Of a stretch of DNA of 34,301 nt, positions 27,204 through 34,301 are shown piece by piece. The DNA lies in the IMG/VR virus record IMGVR_UViG_3300029822_000044, positions 1-34,301 of that record. One strand, written 5' to 3'. Source of the DNA: a virus. Taxonomy: Duplodnaviria > Caudoviricetes. The stretch's first letter is position 1. Each line of letters starts with the position of its first letter. The translations under genes and the position numbers were made by a program. Below the pieces are notes generated by a model that worked only from the letters and a program-made list of their open reading frames with translations, ran no database searches and had not been told where the DNA came from.

Positions 27204-27232
27204 ATTATATAAGTAAACCGAACTAAAATCAA
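27204..27232 (-). promoter_or_regulatory. Leftward promoter facing the early promoter
   Basis: Minus strand TTGATT-17-TATAAT. Confidence 0.6.
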
Positions 27233-27250
27233 GTGAAAGGAGGTTAAATA

Positions 27251-27421
27251 ATGGAAAAATACCTGTCCTGTGAACAGGTCGCCGAGAAATACGGCGTCAA
27301 AGTGATCACCGTCTGGGCGTGGATTCGTGAAAAGAAACTTCCGGCGATTAGGATCGGTAAAGGATACCGTATCACGCCCGAAGACTTGGCGGCCTTCGAA
27401 GCGGCCAGAAAAACGAAATAA
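27251..27421 (+). CDS. Excisionase-type HTH DNA-binding protein (56 aa; not in the ORF track)
   Basis: AAGGAGG RBS; MEKYLSCEQVAEKYGVKVITVWAWIREKKLPAIRIGKGYRITPEDLAAFE. Confidence 0.85.
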   Translation: MEKYLSCEQVAEKYGVKVITVWAWIREKKLPAIRIGKGYRITPEDLAAFEAARKTK

Positions 27422-27433
27422 GGAGGAAACCGC

Positions 27434-27748
27434 ATGGGGCAAGCATGGTGTCAAATGGCTAACTTACAGACTTTTAGAAATGAATCATTCGGTGAAATTC
27501 GAGCGCTAAATATTGATGGTGAACCGTGGTTTGTTGGAAAGGATGTTGCTGATTCACTTGGGTATGAAAGAACAGATAACGCTATTAAAAACCACGTTGA
27601 CGAAGAAGATAAGCTGACGCACCAAATCAGTGCATCAGGTCAAAATCGTAATTCGGATTCGGCAAGATATGCGCCGCGAAAATGGGTATCGCGATTCCTT
27701 CAAAAAAAGCAGTCAAGAAGGACAAGCCGGATCAGGAGCAATCCCTGA
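27434..27748 (+). pseudogene. Truncated Bro-N antirepressor
   Basis: LQTFRNESFGEIRALNIDGEPWFVGKDVADSLGY...AIKNHVDEEDK...SGQNRN stops before the conserved INESGLYSL; unrelated sequence follows. Confidence 0.8.
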
Positions 27749-27764
27749 AAGGAAGGCGGCAGTC

Positions 27765-28067
27765 ATGAGAATCAAGCGGAAGCACTTCCGAACCCTTTCC
27801 GGCGCAATCGCCTTCGTCATGTTCTTCCTGATTATTGGTACTGTTGGCGCTATGGAATGCGACACTGTTCCGCTTACGGAAGGCATGATCCGGGCTTTCG
27901 TATTCATGGCCCTGTGGGTGTTATTTACTTACCTTGCCGGAGGATTCGAAGAATACACGGAAAGGAGGTCAAGCCATGAAATACAAGCCGAAGACGCTTT
28001 CACCGGTCCAGGTCGCCCAGGTCGTCAAGGCCCTCATTCTTCTGGGCGAAGAACATATCACCATTGA
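27765..28067 (+). CDS. Hypothetical membrane protein (two TM)
   Basis: Two hydrophobic stretches after a basic N-terminus; start uncertain. Confidence 0.55.
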   Translation: MRIKRKHFRTLSGAIAFVMFFLIIGTVGAMECDTVPLTEGMIRAFVFMALWVLFTYLAGGFEEYTERRSSHEIQAEDAFTGPGRPGRQGPHSSGRRTYHH

Positions 28068-28131
28068 AGCAATAGAAAAGGACCGCTACGCAATCACCAC
28101 AAAGCGCAACGGTCCAGCCGAAAAAAATTAA
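27976..28131 (+). CDS. Hypothetical protein (51 aa)
   Basis: AGGAGG RBS before ATG; MKYKPKTLSPVQVAQVVKALILLGEE. Confidence 0.6.
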   Translation: MKYKPKTLSPVQVAQVVKALILLGEEHITIEAIEKDRYAITTKRNGPAEKN

Positions 28132-28148
28132 CTTATTCTCACTCTAAC

Positions 28149-28418
28149 ATGAAAAAGGAGGAATTTCAAGTGTTAAACCTTTATGATACCGAAGCCGTCA
28201 AGGCTTTTATATTCAATATCCTGGTCGAAAATCAGGAACTTAAACAGCAAGCCGCGAACAGCCAGTCCACTTCTGATATGTGGTTCAAGGACTACCAGGC
28301 ACAGAAAGAACGTGCCGAGAAGGCCGAAGCAAAGGTCGCAGAACTTGAATCCATAGCTGACGCGCTGGCGGCCGAAAGAGATAACGCCCTGGCAAAGCTG
28401 GAAGGGGGCGCTGAATAA
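28149..28418 (+). CDS. Coiled-coil hypothetical protein
   Basis: Heptad-rich; the RBS favours GTG at 28170; stop overlaps the next start. Confidence 0.65.
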   Translation: MKKEEFQVLNLYDTEAVKAFIFNILVENQELKQQAANSQSTSDMWFKDYQAQKERAEKAEAKVAELESIADALAAERDNALAKLEGGAE

Positions 28419-29302
28419 TGATCATCACAAACAGCATGAACCTTCCTTCCCCGTTCGTAAGCCTGGCCCAGTGTGATTATGTATTCGAACCGAATGAATA
28501 CCGCGTGACTTCTCTTTTGAAGGGCGTCAGGGAAACGATCCTGGAACGCCGCCACAATAACGAGATCGAACGCGACGTTTCAGACATGGTATGGCTTCTT
28601 TTCGGAACAGCCGTCCACGGTATCCTTGAAAAGCACCAGGAAGGCGACAACGAATTGAAGGAAGAACGGATCAAGGTCCCTTTTGCCGGATACGTCCTTT
28701 CAGGCCAGTTTGACCTTTACAACGACGACACAAAGATCGTCACCGACTATAAGACAGCTTCCGTCTGGAAGATCATTTTCGGAGACTTCGAAAACTGGCG
28801 TCGCCAGACATTGATCTATTGCTATATGCTCCGAAAGATCGGATTCGACGCCCAGGGCGGCGAGATCGTCGCCTTCCTGAAAGACCACAGCAAACGCGAC
28901 GCGAAGATCAAAGCTGATTATCCACAGTTTCCGGTCCAGACTGTTAAATTCAAGTTCAAGGAAGCGGACTTCGTTGAATGTGAAGAATGGCTGACAGCAC
29001 GATTCGCAGAGATCGCAGAAGCAGAAAAGCTGGCCGACGAAGACCTTCCGATCTGTACACCGGAAGAACGATTCAACAGCGGCGACAAGTTCGCGGTCAT
29101 GAAGAAAGGCCGCAAGACCGCCCTTCGTGTCCTGGACAGCATGGAAGAAGCTAAAAAGTGGAAAGCGGAAAACGGTGGCGACGAAATCCAGGTTCGCCCT
29201 GGCAAAGACAAGAAATGCATTGATTACTGCGCGGCTTGTGAATTCTGTAATTACTACAGGGAAAAGGTGGTGAACGGTAATGACGGAAGTAAAGCAGTTT
29301 GA
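28418..29302 (+). CDS. PD-(D/E)XK exonuclease (Cas4/RecB-like recombination nuclease)
   Basis: FGTAVHGILE, SGQFDLY, VTDYKT, C-terminal C..YC..C..C; paired with an annealing protein. Confidence 0.75.
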   Translation: MIITNSMNLPSPFVSLAQCDYVFEPNEYRVTSLLKGVRETILERRHNNEIERDVSDMVWLLFGTAVHGILEKHQEGDNELKEERIKVPFAGYVLSGQFDLYNDDTKIVTDYKTASVWKIIFGDFENWRRQTLIYCYMLRKIGFDAQGGEIVAFLKDHSKRDAKIKADYPQFPVQTVKFKFKEADFVECEEWLTARFAEIAEAEKLADEDLPICTPEERFNSGDKFAVMKKGRKTALRVLDSMEEAKKWKAENGGDEIQVRPGKDKKCIDYCAACEFCNYYREKVVNGNDGSKAV

Positions 29303-30050
29303 AATCCCTTTGCTGTCTGCCAAAGACGTTGAATGTCGCGTTCAGAGTGTCAGCAAGAATAAAGCCGGCCGCGTCGGCGCTGTCCTTCTGATCTACAAAG
29401 ACGCCCGCGTCGATATGCGTATTCTTGACCAGGTCTTCGGCCCTTCCAACTGGCAAAGGACCCATGAGGTTATAAACGGTAACCTGTTTTGTAATATCGA
29501 CATCTGGGACGACACGAAGAAAGCCTGGATCAGAAAACAGGACGTCGGAGTCGAGAGTAACACAGAAAAGGAAAAAGGCCAGGCTTCAGACGCTTTTAAG
29601 CGCGCTGGCTTCAACGTGGGGATCGGCCGTGAGTTATACACCAGCCCCTTCATTTATGTCAAACTGGCCGATTCTGAATATTACAGCGAAAAGCAAGGGG
29701 CAAAAGATATTTTCAGGTGTTACCCGAACACCAGGTTCACAGTATCGCATATCGCATACAACGACAGGCGTGAAATATCAGAACTTGTAATTGTGGACCG
29801 AAACGGCAATGTCAGGTTCGACATGAACGGCAAGGCAGAAGCGCCAAAATCGGCCACAGGGACACGAAACGGCGCTGGTAATACAAATAGTCGTGCAGGA
29901 AATCAAGCGGCCAATACAGGTCAACAGGACGCGTCAGGCGGCGGTTCTTTATGTCCTGAATGTGGTGGTCCAATATCGGCGGCGGAACAACAGTATTCCA
30001 TGAAGAAATACGGTCGTGAATTGTGCCGGTCCTGCCAGAAGAAAGCATGA
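29280..30050 (+). CDS. Rad52/Sak-like single-strand annealing protein with C-terminal zinc finger
   Basis: YKDARVDMRILD, KQDVG.ES..EKEKGQASDAFKRAGFNVGIGRELY; CPECG...CRSCQ. Confidence 0.85.
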   Translation: MTEVKQFEIPLLSAKDVECRVQSVSKNKAGRVGAVLLIYKDARVDMRILDQVFGPSNWQRTHEVINGNLFCNIDIWDDTKKAWIRKQDVGVESNTEKEKGQASDAFKRAGFNVGIGRELYTSPFIYVKLADSEYYSEKQGAKDIFRCYPNTRFTVSHIAYNDRREISELVIVDRNGNVRFDMNGKAEAPKSATGTRNGAGNTNSRAGNQAANTGQQDASGGGSLCPECGGPISAAEQQYSMKKYGRELCRSCQKKA

Positions 30051-30076
30051 TTTAACTTTGAAAGGGGGTGTATTTT

Positions 30077-30874
30077 GTGCCGAACAGGATCATTAAAGAA
30101 TCTATTTGCAAAAGCGATACGCTGAATCACCTGTCGGCCGAAGCAGAAGTCTTCTTTTATAGACTTCTTGTGAATTGCGACGACTACGGCCGTTTTTCGG
30201 CTGATCCTGATCTTCTGGCTTCCTTTTTGTACCCCAGGAAAAGGTCATTAAGGTCTTCGACTGTCAAGAAGTGGCTTCAAGAGGTCGCGAACGTCGGTCT
30301 GGTCATTATCTACAAGCACGGCGGGGATATGCTTCTTCAAGTCAGAACATGGGACCAACACCAGCAGATCAGAAACAAACGAAGTAAGTATCCAGCATAT
30401 ACAGACACCGGAAGTGAAGTGATAACGGATACAGACACCGGAACGCATTTGAAATCAAATGATAGCAATTCCTCAAAAAATCATTTGAAATCAAATGATA
30501 GCAAATGTCCCCGTAATCCAATCCAATCCAATCCGAATACGAATCCAATCCAAAACGATCAGCCTAACGGCGATCGTATGGTGGACAGCTTTGATTTGTT
30601 CTGGTCTGTATATCCGAAGCGTGTCGGTAAAAAAGACGCGATCAAAGCCTGGGGGCAGATAAAACCTGACGAAGCTATGGTTCAGGCTATTATTGAAGGT
30701 GTTGAACGCTGGAAGGCTTCCGAACAGTGGACAAAGGACGGCGGTCAGTTCATTCCATATCCAGCGACTTTCCTTCGCGGCGAACGCTGGAATGACGAAT
30801 GTCAGCCGGCAATCGTAAAAAAGGCGCCAGCCGAAAAGAACTACGACGACGACGAAGACTTCTTGAAGGGGTGA
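30077..30874 (+). CDS. Replication initiator / replisome organiser
   Basis: PNRIIKESICKS...FYRLLVNCDDYGRF, FDLFWSVYPKRVGKKDA and FIPYPATFLRGERWND; internal DNA repeats; followed by a helicase loader. Confidence 0.8.
   Translation: MPNRIIKESICKSDTLNHLSAEAEVFFYRLLVNCDDYGRFSADPDLLASFLYPRKRSLRSSTVKKWLQEVANVGLVIIYKHGGDMLLQVRTWDQHQQIRNKRSKYPAYTDTGSEVITDTDTGTHLKSNDSNSSKNHLKSNDSKCPRNPIQSNPNTNPIQNDQPNGDRMVDSFDLFWSVYPKRVGKKDAIKAWGQIKPDEAMVQAIIEGVERWKASEQWTKDGGQFIPYPATFLRGERWNDECQPAIVKKAPAEKNYDDDEDFLKG
30399..30552. repeat. Iteron-like repeats, probable replication origin
   Basis: ATACAGACACCGGAA x2 (30399, 30429); CATTTGAAATCAAATGATAGCAA x2 (30446, 30482); AATCC tandem run. Confidence 0.7.
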
Positions 30875-30878
30875 TTGT

Positions 30879-31742
30879 ATGGAACGGACTGGCAACATTC
30901 TTGAAGGCTTGGTCAATCACAGCCTAAAAAACCAGGAAGAAGGCGACTACATGGACGCCGAAGGCTTCCTGATGTGCGGCAAATGCCATACAAGAAAACA
31001 GCGTGACGTCCTATTCCCTGCCTTCGGAGGAAAAGAAGAACGACTGGTTCGTGTGGGTATCCCTTGCGAATGCAGACAAAAGGAAATCGAAGCAGAACGC
31101 GCGGCGGAGGAAAAAAGAGAATTCCTCCAGCGAATGGAAGTCCTTCGACGCGACGGGATCACCGATCCGGCATACCTTCAATACACCTTTGACAAGGACG
31201 ACAGAAGAAATCCGGAAGTGTCCGACGTATGCCGGAAGTATGTTGAAAACTGGGAGGAAATGAAGAAGAACAATATCGGAATTCTGTTTTATGGTGGCGT
31301 CGGAACCGGAAAGTCATTCCTGGCCTGTTGTATAGCGAACGCACTTCTTGAAAAGCTGGTGTCGGTCAGCGTGACGAACTTCCCCCGAATACTGAATAGG
31401 CTTCAAGGCTTTGACGAAGAACGCCAGGCATTCATTGACAAGCTACAACGATATAAATTGCTGGTCATTGACGATCTGGGCGTCGAGCGTGACACGTCCT
31501 ATTCCGTTGAACAGGTTTTCAATGTGGTCGACACCAGATCACGGTCAGGAATGCCGCTGATTGTCACGACGAACCTGTCTATGGAAGACTTGAAGAATCC
31601 GCCTTCCCTTGCACATTCACGAATTTATGATCGCGTCCTGGAAATGTGTCCAATCAGGTTAAAGCTGGTCGGCGAATCCAGGCGCACAGGGAACGCAATA
31701 GACCGCAGAGATAAGGCCAGAAAACTTCTGGGCCTGGAATGA
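30879..31742 (+). CDS. DnaC/IstB-like helicase loader ATPase
   Basis: CGKC/CEC zinc site, Walker A GGVGTGKS, Walker B LLVIDDLG, IVTTNL, RIYDRVLEMC. Confidence 0.9.
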   Translation: MERTGNILEGLVNHSLKNQEEGDYMDAEGFLMCGKCHTRKQRDVLFPAFGGKEERLVRVGIPCECRQKEIEAERAAEEKREFLQRMEVLRRDGITDPAYLQYTFDKDDRRNPEVSDVCRKYVENWEEMKKNNIGILFYGGVGTGKSFLACCIANALLEKLVSVSVTNFPRILNRLQGFDEERQAFIDKLQRYKLLVIDDLGVERDTSYSVEQVFNVVDTRSRSGMPLIVTTNLSMEDLKNPPSLAHSRIYDRVLEMCPIRLKLVGESRRTGNAIDRRDKARKLLGLE

Positions 31743-32167
31743 AAGGAAGTGAAGATTTGCGTTGTAAACTTACTATTCCTGGCCTTCTGCCAGGACTGAA
31801 TGAGTACATAGACGCAGAACGCGGCAAGAAGGGCAAATATAAAGCGGCGTCTATGAAGAAACAAGCCGAACACGTTATCGGCTACATGATAAAAACACAG
31901 CTTCGCGGCGTCACGTTTACAGGGCCGGTCGTTATTCATTACACATGGGTTGAACCGAACCGGCGACGCGACAAAGACAATATCGCGTTTGCGAAGAAGT
32001 TCGTCCAGGACAGCCTTGTCCACATGGGCGTCCTACAAAATGACGGCTGGAAGCATATCGAATATTTCACAGATTCCTTCGCCGTGGACCCGAAAAACCC
32101 ACGCGTCGAAGTCGTGATTGAAGATTATGAAGGAGGAAAACAAAATGGCAGTAAAAGCAAAGATTAA
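31739..32167 (+). CDS. RusA-like Holliday junction resolvase
   Basis: RRRDKDNIAFAKKFVQDSLVHMGVLQNDG and NPRVEVVI. Confidence 0.85.
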   Translation: MKGSEDLRCKLTIPGLLPGLNEYIDAERGKKGKYKAASMKKQAEHVIGYMIKTQLRGVTFTGPVVIHYTWVEPNRRRDKDNIAFAKKFVQDSLVHMGVLQNDGWKHIEYFTDSFAVDPKNPRVEVVIEDYEGGKQNGSKSKD

Positions 32168-32852
32168 GGACCTGGCTATCGGATCAGAGTTTAACGCGGG
32201 GCCGACTACGCTCCGGATATTAGATCATTTCACCGACGGGACGACACTTGTTATCACGTCAGAATCAATCGGCGACAGACCTTTCAGCGTGTTCCCGTTC
32301 TTATATGAGCGTTCGGAAGGATTCAATCTGAACGACTGGCGCACAAGCACCATTCGAAAAGACCTGAACGAAAACTTCCTGTCAGCATTGATGGCCGCCG
32401 GCAAGATCGACACAAACAGGATCGTAACCACGGAATGGGACCTTTCGGATCACAAGGGCGGCGCCGGTTATGGGACAAGCCAGGATAAGATCGGCCTTCT
32501 GTCCCAGAAGCAATTTGAAAAGTACGCCGAACAGGACCTTCTTGAACTTGACGACTGGTGGTGGCTGATAACCCCGTACGCCGGCTATTCGTACCGCGCG
32601 CGGTCTGTCGACACGGACGGCACGCTCGACCACAACAGCGCGTACGTTGGCGGCCTTGGCGTTCGGCCGGCTTTCCGTCTGGAATCTGGAATCGAAATCG
32701 TCCTGGAAGAAGACGAAGTCAATCTTTCCGATTCGGCACTTCTTGAAGGCTTCACAACCAGACAGCTTGTTGAAGAACTGTTCAGACGCGCGGATCGAAA
32801 CGAATCGCTTTTAGACCAGGGGGGCGAAGACAATGAAGACGACGACTTTTAA
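32145..32852 (+). CDS. DGR target 2: stand-alone DUF6273-like protein in the replication operon
   Basis: AGGAGG RBS; NDWRTSTIRKDLN, DKIGLLS, WWWLITP-VR-GVRPAF; acidic tail; 235 aa. Confidence 0.85.
   Translation: MAVKAKIKDLAIGSEFNAGPTTLRILDHFTDGTTLVITSESIGDRPFSVFPFLYERSEGFNLNDWRTSTIRKDLNENFLSALMAAGKIDTNRIVTTEWDLSDHKGGAGYGTSQDKIGLLSQKQFEKYAEQDLLELDDWWWLITPYAGYSYRARSVDTDGTLDHNSAYVGGLGVRPAFRLESGIEIVLEEDEVNLSDSALLEGFTTRQLVEELFRRADRNESLLDQGGEDNEDDDF
32571..32674 (+). repeat. Variable repeat VR2 (remote)
   Basis: 18 mismatches to TR over 104 nt, all at TR adenines, no indels. Confidence 0.96.
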
Positions 32853-33117
32853 CTTAAAGGCGGCCGTCGAAGAAAGGATCGGGGCTGAAATATGCCCCGC
32901 CTTCTTTCAAAAGGCCGAGCAATACGCCAGGCGAAAACTGAATTTTATAAACGAACGGGCCGGCCGTGAATACGGCGAAGACGGCTACGGCGACGAATAC
33001 CTGGCCATTCTGACCGAAGAAGCAATCGGACAATTAGCATTTTCAGAATATACGCACATTCGGTCAATGGAAATTATGGCCGCCAGGGCCGCCCAGGAAG
33101 GCGGTGAATGCGTTTGA
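32833..33117 (+). CDS. Hypothetical protein
   Basis: 94-aa ORF overlapping both neighbours in the operon. Confidence 0.6.
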   Translation: MKTTTFNLKAAVEERIGAEICPAFFQKAEQYARRKLNFINERAGREYGEDGYGDEYLAILTEEAIGQLAFSEYTHIRSMEIMAARAAQEGGECV

Positions 33118-33668
33118 TACCTTTCCCGGATAAGAAATACAACGTAATTTACGCAGACCCGCCCTGGCAATACAAATTATTCAATGGCACAGGAAACGGA
33201 TCGGCCGCGAAGCATTATCGAACCATGAAGCCGGAAGATATATTCAATCTACCGGTCCAGGACATAGCGGCCGACGACTGCCTTCTGTTTCTGTGGGTCA
33301 CATTTCCGAACCTTGAAATAGGCCTGGAAACGATAAAACGCTGGGGGTTCAAATACAAGACAGCCGCTTTCGTATGGGTAAAGAGAAATAAGAAATCGCC
33401 TGGCTGGTTCTGGGGGCTTGGAAGCTGGACCAGAGCAAACGCGGAAGTCTGTCTTCTGGCCACAAAAGGCAAACCGAAGCGCGCGTCAGCGTCAGTCCAT
33501 AGCATAATCGACGCCCCGATCAGCCGTCACAGTGAAAAGCCGGCCGAAACCCGTGACAGGATCGTTCAGCTTGCGGGGGGGGGATCAATGATCGAACTAT
33601 TTGCAAGAAAGACCGCCCCTGGCTGGGATTCCTGGGGCGACGAAGTGGAAGGCGGTGAAACCGAATGA
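33108..33668 (+). CDS. MT-A70-family adenine methyltransferase
   Basis: KKYNVIYADPPW, LFLWVT, WGFKYKT, HSEKP, IELFAR, GWDSWGDE. Confidence 0.92.
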   Translation: MRLIPFPDKKYNVIYADPPWQYKLFNGTGNGSAAKHYRTMKPEDIFNLPVQDIAADDCLLFLWVTFPNLEIGLETIKRWGFKYKTAAFVWVKRNKKSPGWFWGLGSWTRANAEVCLLATKGKPKRASASVHSIIDAPISRHSEKPAETRDRIVQLAGGGSMIELFARKTAPGWDSWGDEVEGGETE

Positions 33669-34183
33669 ACAAACTAAAAAGATTCAAGATCGGACTGTTT
33701 ACAATCACCCTGGGAATGGTCCTGGTGGGCGCGTCCTTCGCCCTGGCTGACGATAAAGCAGTCGCCGAAGGAATTATCCTACCGGAAGAATTAAACGAAA
33801 CCACGGCCATTCTGACGCCGTCTGTGGCTATTGCAGAAAATGAACCAACCACACAGCCGGAGGAATGGATCGACGCCGTGGCGACGGCTTACTGTCCTTG
33901 TGAAATATGCTGTGGAAAATGGGCGCTGAATCGCCCTGACGGTATCGTCTACACGGCCAGCGGAGCCATAGCCGAAGAAGGTGTCACAATCGCGGCCGAC
34001 TGGTCCGTGTATTCGCCAGGTACTATCCTTTACATAGAAGGCATAGGCGAACGGACCGTCCAGGATCGCGGCGGAGCCATAAGCGGCCAGAAGATCGACG
34101 TATTCTTCAATAGTCACGAAGACGCCCTTCGCTTCGGCCGCCAGGAAGTCCGGATCAAAGTTATTTCTGATACAGAGAGGTAA
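33665..34183 (+). CDS. 3D-domain protein with N-terminal signal/TM segment
   Basis: ATAYCPC..CCG, TASG, TIAAD, VQDRGGAISGQKIDVF. Confidence 0.85.
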   Translation: MNKLKRFKIGLFTITLGMVLVGASFALADDKAVAEGIILPEELNETTAILTPSVAIAENEPTTQPEEWIDAVATAYCPCEICCGKWALNRPDGIVYTASGAIAEEGVTIAADWSVYSPGTILYIEGIGERTVQDRGGAISGQKIDVFFNSHEDALRFGRQEVRIKVISDTER

Positions 34184-34189
34184 AACGAT

Positions 34190-34301
34190 ATGGAAATCAA
34201 AACACTTGTAGCGAAAGCACATGAAAACGCCGTGAAACACGGATTCTGGGAACCGCCCCTTTCCTTCGGAACGGCGATCGCACTGATTCACAGTGAACTT
34301 T
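34190..34301 (+). CDS. MazG-like protein, 5' part (continues at base 1)
   Basis: GAGG RBS; MEIKTLVAKAHENAVKHGFWEPPLSFGTAIALIHSEL; the final T plus CC at 1-2 forms a Ser codon in frame with 3-293. Confidence 0.8.
   Translation, partial: MEIKTLVAKAHENAVKHGFWEPPLSFGTAIALIHSEL

Noticed and set aside
28141-28169. Antisense promoter TTGAAA-17-TAGAGT overlapping an RBS
   Set aside because: The -10 is weak and there is no supporting feature, so it could be chance.
28418-29302. Cas4 as part of a CRISPR system
   Set aside because: No cas genes or array; pairing with a Sak-like annealing protein indicates a recombination exonuclease.
32571-32674. VR2 as a simple paralogous domain match
   Set aside because: Every non-adenine TR position, including third codon positions, is identical while the flanks diverge, which protein-level homology would not produce.
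1-34301. PBSX-like tailocin or defective particle locus
   Set aside because: Head, packaging, replication and recombination genes are intact and the sequence closes as a circle with no host genes.
1-34301. CRISPR array or a third VR
   Set aside because: I saw no repeat-spacer array and no further TR-like copy by eye; a self-alignment would be needed to exclude a degenerate one.

Overview
The window reads as a complete, circularly closed 34.3-kb genome of a contractile-tailed (PBSX/Xkd-like tail, SPP1-like portal) Firmicutes phage, probably of Clostridia. The last 112 nt and first 293 nt join in frame into one MazG-like gene. Order: late regulator, packaging, head, tail and baseplate, DGR cassette, lysis, a ruined lysogeny module, then early, recombination and replication genes. 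The main signal is a diversity-generating retroelement (avd 18975-19430, TR 19458-19563, RT 19727-20857) whose single template repeat matches two variable repeats that differ from it only at TR adenines. VR1 (21435-21540, 13 mismatches) is internal in the adjacent 568-aa tail-region protein. VR2 (32571-32674, 18 mismatches) lies 13 kb away in a small, apparently cytoplasmic protein of the replication operon. The lysogeny module is doubly broken. The repressor HTH is fused in frame to the distal half of a large serine integrase, and that integrase is split by an 812-bp non-autonomous ISL3-like element (8-bp TSD, TIRs, passenger ORF, tRNA-like RNA). A candidate attP resembling a tmRNA/tRNA-Ala 3' end sits in the integrase 3' end. 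The ssb and Bro-N antirepressor genes are also truncated. All product calls come from motif recognition and synteny; no database search was run.
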